This document shows, piece after piece, positions 1-6,975 of a DNA stretch of 14,613 bases. Every line of letters begins with the position of its first letter. Position 1 is the first letter of the stretch. The notes below the pieces were generated by a model. That model did no database searches. It saw only the letters and a program-made list of their open reading frames with translations, and had not been told where the DNA came from. This DNA is from Sulfurimonadaceae bacterium (GTDB taxonomy: Bacteria > Campylobacterota > Campylobacteria > Campylobacterales > Sulfurimonadaceae), in the NCBI GenBank assembly GCA_041562555.1, contig JBFEXS010000053.1, positions 1-14,613 on the forward strand, in the 5' to 3' direction. The position numbers and the translations under genes were made by a program.

Positions 1-1
1 A

Positions 2-289
2 GATGAGGCAGATAACAAAATTGTCGAAATGTGTAGGGAGGGCGACCTGGTGATCACGGCAGATATCCCCCTGGCGGATCGTCTGATCTCAAAACATGCT
101 CATGCTATCGATCATCGGGGGGAGCTTTACAGTGTTGATAATATCAAACAGTATCTTGCCATGCGTAATCTGATGGAAGAGATCCGACAAAGCGGTGAGA
201 TGACAAAGGGACCCAAGCCCTATAGTCAAAAAGATGCTCACGCCTTTGCCAATCAGCTTAACAGTTTTTTAAATAAATATTATAAATAA
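2..289 (+). CDS. YaiI/YqxD family (UPF0178) protein, 5'-truncated by the window edge
   Basis: Frame is open from position 2 (DEADNKIVEMCREGDLVITADIPLA...). DLVITADIPLA, RGELY and the GPKPY..KD...FAN.L C-terminus match the YaiI/YqxD family. The ATG at 29 is internal. Confidence 0.85.
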   Translation, partial: DEADNKIVEMCREGDLVITADIPLADRLISKHAHAIDHRGELYSVDNIKQYLAMRNLMEEIRQSGEMTKGPKPYSQKDAHAFANQLNSFLNKYYK

Positions 290-318
290 TCAAGTATTAT
301 AAAAAATATTTATTTTTA

Positions 319-327
319 TGATACAAT
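319..327 (+). promoter_or_regulatory. Putative extended -10 promoter (TGaTACAAT) for the helicase
   Basis: TG-n-TACAAT preceded by an AT-rich tract; implies a start near 334 and a leader of about 150 nt. Confidence 0.55.
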
Positions 328-348
328 ACGTTTACTTTCAGCACCCTC

Positions 349-462
349 GGTCGGTGACTGACTCCGTTTTTATATATAAGAGTATGACTTTCTACATTAT
401 TACCCTTCAAAAACAAACTCCTTTCAAACTAGACCGACCCAAGAACAACTTGGCAGGTTTGA
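349..462 (+). promoter_or_regulatory. Putative structured 5' leader of the DEAD-box helicase mRNA
   Basis: Complementary segments: GGTCGGT 349-355 / ACCGACC 433-439; CCAAG 439-443 / CTTGG 449-453; TCAAAC 424-429 / GTTTGA 457-462; TAGACC 430-435 / GGTTTG 456-461 (two G-U pairs). Confidence 0.45.
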
Positions 463-485
463 TCACAAAAGACAGATTATTATGA
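384..485 (+). CDS. Possible 33-aa upstream ORF / leader peptide ([33 protein letters not shown])
   Basis: Manually translated: ATG at 384, open to TGA 483-485, which overlaps the helicase ATG as ATGA. No well-spaced RBS and no recognised homology. Confidence 0.25.
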   Translation: MTFYIITLQKQTPFKLDRPKNNLAGLITKDRLL

Positions 486-1801
486 CATTTACACAATTAG
501 GTTTAAACGAGCACATATTACGTGCTGTTACAGAACAGGGGTATACGACTCCGACACCGGTTCAGGCACAGGCAATTCCTGTCGTCTTGAACGGCAATGA
601 TATCCTTGCCGGTGCACAGACAGGTACAGGAAAGACAGCGGGATTTACGCTTCCTTTATTACAGCGACTCTCAACATCCCCCAAGCCCAAAGGTAAACGG
701 CCGGTGCGTGCTTTGGTATTGACACCGACACGTGAACTTGCTTCACAGGTCGCACAGAGCGTACGTGATTACGGGAAGTATCTTCCATTTAAATCAACGG
801 TTATCTTTGGAGGCGTGAGTATCAATCCACAGATCCATACCCTTAAAAACGGTGTGGATATCGTCATCGGTACACCGGGACGCCTTTTGGATCTGATGAA
901 TCAAAAAGCACTTGATCTACGAGAGGTAGAATACCTCATTTTAGACGAGGCTGACAGAATGTTGGACATGGGGTTTATCCATGATATCAAGAAGATACTT
1001 CAGGTACTCCCCTCCAGTCGTCAAAACCTTCTGTTCTCAGCGACCTATTCCAAAGAGATCAAAAAACTTGCAGATTCGCTTTTAAACGATCCTGTACTTA
1101 TTGAAGTCGCACGTACGAATGCCACATCCGCGCAGATCGAACAGATCGTCTATCCCGTGGACAAGATACGAAAGCGTGAGATGTTAACGCATCTTATCAA
1201 AGAGAACAATTGGAAACAGGTTCTGGTCTTTACCCGTACCAAACATGGAGCGAATCGCCTGTGTGCTCAATTGGACAAGGACGGGATCAGTGCTGCAGCC
1301 ATACATGGAAACAAGAGTCAAAATGCACGTACAAAAGCTTTGACACAGTTCAAAGATGGCTCAGTCAGTGTTCTGGTCGCTACAGATATCGCCGCACGGG
1401 GGATCGATATCGATCAACTTTCCCAGGTGGTCAATTTTGAACTGCCAAATATCTCCGAGGACTATGTCCACCGTATCGGCAGAACCGGTAGGGCAGGCAA
1501 TAAGGGGCAAGCGGTATCTTTGGTCTGTGTAGATGAACATGAGTATCTCAAGGACATCGAACTTCTTATAAAGAACAAGATCCCCAAGGTACAGATCAAA
1601 GGGTTCACACCGGACCCTTCAATCAAGGCTGAACCGATACAAAAGGGCGGAGGAAAACGAAGAGCTCCAAAGCCAGGCCGTGACCGTAATACCGGGTCAA
1701 ATGGTGGGAATAAACAACCGGTACAAGGAAAGAGAATCGAAGGTGAGAGGGGACAAAGAAGTCGTAAACAACGATCAAGGTCACGTCATCGGGATGCCTA
1801 A
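482..1801 (+). CDS. rhlE: ATP-dependent DEAD-box RNA helicase, RhlE-like
   Basis: Q motif [64 protein letters not shown] and [10 protein letters not shown] are RhlE-typical; basic disordered tail and no DbpA-type RNA-binding domain. Confidence 0.92.
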   Translation: MTFTQLGLNEHILRAVTEQGYTTPTPVQAQAIPVVLNGNDILAGAQTGTGKTAGFTLPLLQRLSTSPKPKGKRPVRALVLTPTRELASQVAQSVRDYGKYLPFKSTVIFGGVSINPQIHTLKNGVDIVIGTPGRLLDLMNQKALDLREVEYLILDEADRMLDMGFIHDIKKILQVLPSSRQNLLFSATYSKEIKKLADSLLNDPVLIEVARTNATSAQIEQIVYPVDKIRKREMLTHLIKENNWKQVLVFTRTKHGANRLCAQLDKDGISAAAIHGNKSQNARTKALTQFKDGSVSVLVATDIAARGIDIDQLSQVVNFELPNISEDYVHRIGRTGRAGNKGQAVSLVCVDEHEYLKDIELLIKNKIPKVQIKGFTPDPSIKAEPIQKGGGKRRAPKPGRDRNTGSNGGNKQPVQGKRIEGERGQRSRKQRSRSRHRDA

Positions 1802-3591
1802 GAACTGAGATGTTTATGCAGGGTGTTCATGAAGAGTTTGTTGTCCAGAGGTTTGTGAAGAAACCCGTCAAAGTCAGCATTGAGAATATCTTCTATCTCC
1901 TCTTTCATCACTGAGGCGGTAAGGGCAACCACCGGGATGGCCTTCGTCTGTTCATTCTCACGAATGTGCCTGCAGGCTTCAAACCCATCCATCACAGGCA
2001 TCTGAATATCCATAAGTATGAGATCCGGTTTGTCTGTCTGTAGTATATCCAGGGCTTCCTGGCCATTTTCCGCTTCAAGAACCGTGACATTGAAATCCTC
2101 CAGGGTCATGGAAATAAGAAGACGGTTGGACCCAATATCGTCAACGACGAGTACGGTTCCCTCAAATTGATGGTCAGTATCATCGATGAGCACATCATCA
2201 CACACTTCGTGGGCTATGATAGGTATGTTCACCAGTGTTAAACTGAAGGTTGATCCCTCTCCTTCTTTACTGGTCAGCTGGATTTCACCGCCCATCATCA
2301 ATGCAAGTTTGTCACAAATAGCAAGACCTAAACCTGTGCCACCGTATTTTCGTGTGTTTTGTCCCTCTTTTTGCTGGAAGGGCTGAAATATAGCTTCTTG
2401 CTCATTAGGTGCTATTCCGATTCCGGTATCTTCTATATTGATCATGAGATCGACACTTTTCTCATTCAGATTAAAGGTCTTGACTTTGACTTTTACGCTT
2501 CCCTTATGGGTGAATTTGATGGCATTGCTAATCAGGTTCAAAAGGATCTGACGCAGACGGGTTTCATCTATAAACAGACAAAGGGGAAGCTCTTGGGACA
2601 GCTCAAACTCGAAGGCCAGCATCTTTTCTTCCGCTTTTAGCTTGAACATGGAATGTAGTTCACCAAAGAGTTGATGGATAGAACTTGGCTCCGGTGAGAT
2701 CTGCAGTTTTCCGGCTTCGATCTTAGATAGGTCAAGGATATCATTGATGATGGTCAAAAGGTTTTTTGACCCGCTCAGGATATTATGTACATGCTCTTTA
2801 TATCTCTCATCATGCAGCTTTTTCTCAAGAAGCTCTGCAAAGCCGACGATAGCATTCATCGGAGTACGTATTTCATGGGACATGTTCGCCAGAAACTCGG
2901 ATTTCGCCCGGCTGGAGTCTTCAGCCTTCTGCTTCGCTATATGAAGGTCATGGGTCTTTTTCTCGACTTCATATTGGAGTTGTGTTTGATAGGACTTCTG
3001 CAGTTTAATATAATTGTACAGGGTAAGTGCGAGCAGTAGCGTTAGTATGACCAGCAGTACGATCAGAGTTGTCTTTTTTACCTGGATGGCATGGATAGTC
3101 TGGGTTAAAAGCTCTTTTACCTCATTCGTAAGTACTTCCGTATCATGGATAAAGGCTAAAGAATAGGTATCAAACTCTGTGTCCTGGGCACTTCCGGTCA
3201 TTCCCTTGATCTGGTTCTTAAAACGCTCGTTCACAAGTTCATTCAATTCAAGGTGCTGCTCTTTCATTGAGAGGACAGGCTTGTCGGAGACCTCTATGAA
3301 TGTCAACAGGTATGCTGAGTGCTCTATGTTCTGAGATATATAATCATAGCTTTTTTGTATATCTTCAAACTTGACACTCTTATCTCCGCTAAGAAGCTCT
3401 TCAAACCATAGGTGGGATTTGGCATGTTCGAGCTGAATCGTATGAAGGTCTGCGATCAGCGGGATATAATAGTTATTGATTTTATCGGAAGCATCATTTA
3501 TATATAGACTGATGGAGATGATATAGCTTAGTAAAAAGAGACTGATGACAACAGAGAGTCTATTGAAATTTGCCAGAAGGAACCTTAGCAC
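1798..3591 (-). CDS. Membrane-bound hybrid sensor histidine kinase (TM - helical periplasmic domain - TM - HisKA - HATPase - REC)
   Basis: H-box [17 protein letters not shown]-box [11 protein letters not shown]1 DTGIGI, G2 GGTGLGL, REC VVDD...LMDIQMP...KP; two hydrophobic segments; GTG start with AAGG 7 nt upstream. Confidence 0.93.
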   Translation of the reverse strand: MLRFLLANFNRLSVVISLFLLSYIISISLYINDASDKINNYYIPLIADLHTIQLEHAKSHLWFEELLSGDKSVKFEDIQKSYDYISQNIEHSAYLLTFIEVSDKPVLSMKEQHLELNELVNERFKNQIKGMTGSAQDTEFDTYSLAFIHDTEVLTNEVKELLTQTIHAIQVKKTTLIVLLVILTLLLALTLYNYIKLQKSYQTQLQYEVEKKTHDLHIAKQKAEDSSRAKSEFLANMSHEIRTPMNAIVGFAELLEKKLHDERYKEHVHNILSGSKNLLTIINDILDLSKIEAGKLQISPEPSSIHQLFGELHSMFKLKAEEKMLAFEFELSQELPLCLFIDETRLRQILLNLISNAIKFTHKGSVKVKVKTFNLNEKSVDLMINIEDTGIGIAPNEQEAIFQPFQQKEGQNTRKYGGTGLGLAICDKLALMMGGEIQLTSKEGEGSTFSLTLVNIPIIAHEVCDDVLIDDTDHQFEGTVLVVDDIGSNRLLISMTLEDFNVTVLEAENGQEALDILQTDKPDLILMDIQMPVMDGFEACRHIRENEQTKAIPVVALTASVMKEEIEDILNADFDGFLHKPLDNKLFMNTLHKHLSS

Positions 3592-3703
3592 ATATCAGCC
3601 TTTTATATAATTATTTTTAATATACTTACATGAATTGGCTGATGTGTAGTTGAAGTTATTACATAAGGAAGTAAAGTTATGCAGGATTGAACATTTATGC
3701 TCT

Positions 3704-4063
3704 TCAGCGAGTACAGTTTGATCGCTCATCGGTCTTTCCATGAGCTTTCACATAGGCTATTCCCCATTCATACATCTGTGTGACAACCGGTTCGAGTTCT
3801 TTTCCGATCGGTGTAAGGGAATAGACTACTTTGGGAGGCACTTCCGGATAGACCTCTCTGTGAATGATATGTTTTTGTTCTAGCTCTTTGAGTTTTATGG
3901 TCAGTGTCTTTTGTGATATGTCCCCCACAAGAGCATGCAACTCTTTGAAGCGAAGGTCTGAATTGAGCAGATGCCAGATGATCTTCATCTTCCAGCGATC
4001 ATTAAAAATATCCAATGTAATATCCACAGAACAGACATACTCTTTATCATTGATGTAGTACAA
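3704..4063 (-). CDS. HxlR/DUF24 family winged-helix transcriptional regulator
   Basis: C-SVDITLDIFNDRWK..IIWHL, LRFKEL, ISQKTLT..LKELE, YPEVPPKVVYSLTPIG; TTG start with AAGGA RBS. Confidence 0.92.
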   Translation of the reverse strand: MYYINDKEYVCSVDITLDIFNDRWKMKIIWHLLNSDLRFKELHALVGDISQKTLTIKLKELEQKHIIHREVYPEVPPKVVYSLTPIGKELEPVVTQMYEWGIAYVKAHGKTDERSNCTR

Positions 4064-4080
4064 GGCTTTCCTTTGGAAAA

Positions 4081-4089
4081 ATTATATCA
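4081..4089 (-). promoter_or_regulatory. Extended -10 promoter (TGaTATAAT) for the HxlR gene
   Basis: Reverse complement of attatatca is TGATATAAT, 17 nt upstream of the TTG start. Confidence 0.65.
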
Positions 4090-4108
4090 TAAATGAAATA
4101 TAATTCAC

Positions 4109-4143
4109 TTACTTACCTAAAGTAAAGTAAAGAATCTTAGGTA
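4109..4143. promoter_or_regulatory. Putative HxlR operator(s)
   Basis: TTAC-TTAC-N5-GTAA-A-GTAA (4109-4130) and an overlapping perfect TACCTAA-N16-TTAGGTA (4114-4143), between two divergent -10 boxes. Confidence 0.55.
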
Positions 4144-4149
4144 TATAAT
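4144..4149 (+). promoter_or_regulatory. -10 box (TATAAT) for the alcohol dehydrogenase/nitroreductase operon
   Basis: Consensus TATAAT 30 nt upstream of ATG 4180. Confidence 0.6.
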
Positions 4150-4179
4150 TCTCAAAACAGTGCATGGAAAGGAGTGTAT

Positions 4180-5325
4180 ATGAATGATTTTACATACTAT
4201 AACCCGACCAAGATAGAGTTCGGTAAAGGCAAAGAGAAGCATATTGGTGCGTATATCAAAGAAGCAGGATATGAGAGTGTACTACTCGTCTATGGGACAG
4301 GCAGCATTAAAAGGTCCGGTCTATATGATGATATCATAGCTTCACTGCAAGCCGAGGGCATTCACTATGAAGAGCTGGACGGAGTGGTAAGCAACCCTCT
4401 GCTTTCACGGGTGTATGACGGTATCCGTATTGCAAAAGAGAACAATCTTCAGGCGGTTTTAGGTGTAGGAGGAGGCTCGGTTGTCGACTCCGCTAAGGCC
4501 ATTGCTGCTGGTGTCATGTATGCGGGAGATGTCTGGGATTTCTTTATACAAAAGGCACAGATAGAAGCGGCACTTCCTGTTTTTACTGTGATGACACTGG
4601 CTGCCGCCGCAAGTGAGATGAACGGTAACTCGGTAGTGATGAAAGATGAGACCAAACAAAAGTACTCGATTCAATCTGTACGCATCAATCCTGTCTTGTC
4701 CGTGATCAATCCCGAACTGATGATGAGTGTACCAAAAGAGTATCTTGCCTATTCTGCAGTCGATGCCATCGCACACTGTATCGAGGTCTATTTTACGGCG
4801 ACATCCCATCCAAACTTCAACTCCCGTATCGTCGAATCGATCATCAAGACGATCATGGAAACGACAGAGATCTTACTTGAAAATCCAAAGGATTATGCGG
4901 CAAGAGGGGAGTTTGCATGGACGACAATACAGGCATTGAACGGCCTCACTCCAACGGGAACGGCCGGAGGAAACTTTCCCAACCATATGATCGAACATGC
5001 GCTTTCGGCATTGTTCAATGTGGCACATGGAGCAGGACTGTCCGTTGTGATCCCGGCATGGATGAAGTGGTATAAAGAACAGAACCTGCCAATGTTTGAA
5101 CGTTTTGCCAAAGAAGTTTTTGGTCTTGGCTCGGCGGATGAAGGAATAAATGCCCTTGAGTCCTGGTTCTCAAAGATCGGTTCACCGGTAAGCCTTGCTC
5201 AAGCAGGCATCCCTCAAACTGCGATCAAAGATTTGGCGGAAAATGCTGCGGAGCTTGGAAAACTCTGGGGCCTATCGCCGATGTATACATCAGATGTGAT
5301 TGAAGTCATTCTGAACAAAGCATAA
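4180..5325 (+). CDS. Iron-containing alcohol dehydrogenase (BdhA/YqhD-like NAD(P)H-dependent aldehyde reductase)
   Basis: FTYYNPTKIEFGKG, YGTGSIKR, GVGGGSVVDSAKAI, metal ligands DAIAH, HMIEH, HGAGL. Start moved from GTG 4174 to ATG 4180 because AAGGAG (4169-4174) lies 5 nt upstream. Confidence 0.93.
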   Translation: MNDFTYYNPTKIEFGKGKEKHIGAYIKEAGYESVLLVYGTGSIKRSGLYDDIIASLQAEGIHYEELDGVVSNPLLSRVYDGIRIAKENNLQAVLGVGGGSVVDSAKAIAAGVMYAGDVWDFFIQKAQIEAALPVFTVMTLAAAASEMNGNSVVMKDETKQKYSIQSVRINPVLSVINPELMMSVPKEYLAYSAVDAIAHCIEVYFTATSHPNFNSRIVESIIKTIMETTEILLENPKDYAARGEFAWTTIQALNGLTPTGTAGGNFPNHMIEHALSALFNVAHGAGLSVVIPAWMKWYKEQNLPMFERFAKEVFGLGSADEGINALESWFSKIGSPVSLAQAGIPQTAIKDLAENAAELGKLWGLSPMYTSDVIEVILNKA

Positions 5326-5347
5326 GAAACATTTTAAAGGAGAGAAA

Positions 5348-5977
5348 ATGTACAATGATTTTATGAAAGCGATGGATTTTAGACACGCATGCAAGCTCTT
5401 TGATGAGACGAAAAAAATCTCGGATGAGGAGATAAGGTTTGTCCTTGAAACAGGACGCAAATCCCCTTCATCCTTTGGTATGGAGGCCTGGAAATTCCTT
5501 GTAATCACCAATGAAGAACTCAAGGCAAAACTCAGACCTGCGTGCTGGGATCAGGTACAGATCACCTCGTGCTCGCATCTTGTTGTCGTACTCGCAGGTA
5601 TTGAGAGTGTAAAACCGCATACGGGTATCCCTAAACAGCGTTTTGCACGTCGCGACATGCCTCAGGAAAAACTGGAGTTTTATCTGGACCTGTATGGGAA
5701 ACATCTTGAGGAGACGCTGAGTACAGATGCTAATATCTACAGCTGGACAGCAAGACAAAGCTATATAGCAGCGGGAAATATGATGACAGCGGCAGCATAT
5801 ATCGGGATAGATTCCTGTCCGATAGAGGGGTTTGACAAGAAGCAGGTGGAGTCCATCTTGGAACTGGATACGACGAAATATCAGGTCGCGATGCTACTTC
5901 CTTTCGGATATCGTGTCAATGAACAGTCAACGCAGCAAAGAGAGCCTTTCGAAGAGATTGTCGAGTTTATCTCTTAG
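5348..5977 (+). CDS. NAD(P)H-dependent flavin nitroreductase (NfsB/FrxA-like)
   Basis: FRHACKLFD, SPSSFGMEAWKFLVI, QSYIAAGNMMTAAAYIGIDSCPIEGF, PFGYR; AAGGAG RBS; 22 nt after the dehydrogenase stop. Confidence 0.92.
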   Translation: MYNDFMKAMDFRHACKLFDETKKISDEEIRFVLETGRKSPSSFGMEAWKFLVITNEELKAKLRPACWDQVQITSCSHLVVVLAGIESVKPHTGIPKQRFARRDMPQEKLEFYLDLYGKHLEETLSTDANIYSWTARQSYIAAGNMMTAAAYIGIDSCPIEGFDKKQVESILELDTTKYQVAMLLPFGYRVNEQSTQQREPFEEIVEFIS

Positions 5978-6311
5978 TCTGATGCGCACAGTTTATGCAG
6001 AGTCTTGACTCGGGCATAAGCTCAAGACGTGCAAAGGGGATCTCTTCCCCACACTCCTCACACTCGCAGAAGTCTTCTGTATCTATGCGGGACAAGGCAT
6101 ATTGAAGCCTTGTCTTTCTGCGCTTGGCCTCGTGTAAACGTTTCTCATAGCTGCTTTGATCATGCATGAGTTCGAAACGTGCCAGATCTCCTAAAGCACA
6201 TTCGGGTGCAATAGGCTTACAGAACTCCGTAAGCTCCCGTATATAGTTATCCACTATGTTTAACTCGCGGAGTATGGTCTCTTTGAGCTTGTCTTTTTGT
6301 TCTTCAGTCAT
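5967..6311 (-). CDS. TraR/DksA family C4 zinc-finger protein (114 aa)
   Basis: C-x2-C-x17-C-x2-C (CEECGEEIPFARLELMPESRLCINC) after a predicted helical hairpin. Start set at ATG 6311 (MTEEQ), overlapping the methyltransferase stop by 8 nt, rather than 6368. Confidence 0.88.
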   Translation of the reverse strand: MTEEQKDKLKETILRELNIVDNYIRELTEFCKPIAPECALGDLARFELMHDQSSYEKRLHEAKRRKTRLQYALSRIDTEDFCECEECGEEIPFARLELMPESRLCINCAHQTKR

Positions 6312-6975
6312 GTATTTTGCGATAACAGGCAAAAAAATGGGGCACGGGAGGCTCTTGTGTATCATCATAGGCCAAGAAGCTCTCTTCTTTTAACCCGCAG
6401 TGCTTAAACCCATCGATCTCCTCTTTGTCCAAAGGAAGGGGAATGGCATCTTCTTGTTCTCCCTTACGTCGGCTGCGACAGGAGACAAGTATATGTGCAT
6501 TATCAGCCATAAGCGAGATCATAGCATCTCTGGCCCGGATTCTGTATTTCCCCGGAAGGACTTGGATGGTGTTGCATTCATAGACCAGATCAAAGCCTTT
6601 GTCCCATTCGGGAGGATAGTCGAACAGATCAGCGACGAGGTAGCGGACCTTTGTGTCGGGATAACGTTCTTTACACAAACGAATCGCTTCAGCAGAGATA
6701 TCAAAGGCCGTCACCTCGTATCCTGCCTCACTCATTGCCTCGGCATCATCACCGACACCGCAACCGATGGCAATCGCTTTTTTACCCTTGGGAGATGGGG
6801 TACATTGCCGGAGCCATTCAAGTAGGTAGGGGCTTGCTGCAAGATCTGCCCAGAAGACTTTTGTATAGTCTCCCTGGGCATCCGTATAGATAGAGTCAAA
6901 CCATCCGAGGGGATCATCTTTTTCCTGGTAGGAGCGTACCATGGCACGATATTTTTCCGGATCAAATTCGTTCAT
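6304..6975 (-). CDS. Class I SAM-dependent methyltransferase, thiopurine/thiol S-methyltransferase (TPMT)-like
   Basis: Motif I AIAIGCGVGDDA, VTAFDIS, ADLF, FDLVYEC; N-terminal WFD.IY...WADL segment. Substrate class is inferred. Confidence 0.8.
   Translation of the reverse strand: MNEFDPEKYRAMVRSYQEKDDPLGWFDSIYTDAQGDYTKVFWADLAASPYLLEWLRQCTPSPKGKKAIAIGCGVGDDAEAMSEAGYEVTAFDISAEAIRLCKERYPDTKVRYLVADLFDYPPEWDKGFDLVYECNTIQVLPGKYRIRARDAMISLMADNAHILVSCRSRRKGEQEDAIPLPLDKEEIDGFKHCGLKEESFLAYDDTQEPPVPHFFACYRKIHD

Noticed and set aside
6312..6368. 19-residue N-terminal extension of the DksA-like ORF
   Set aside because: Lies inside the methyltransferase gene; ATG 6311 gives a typical coupled start and family-like length.
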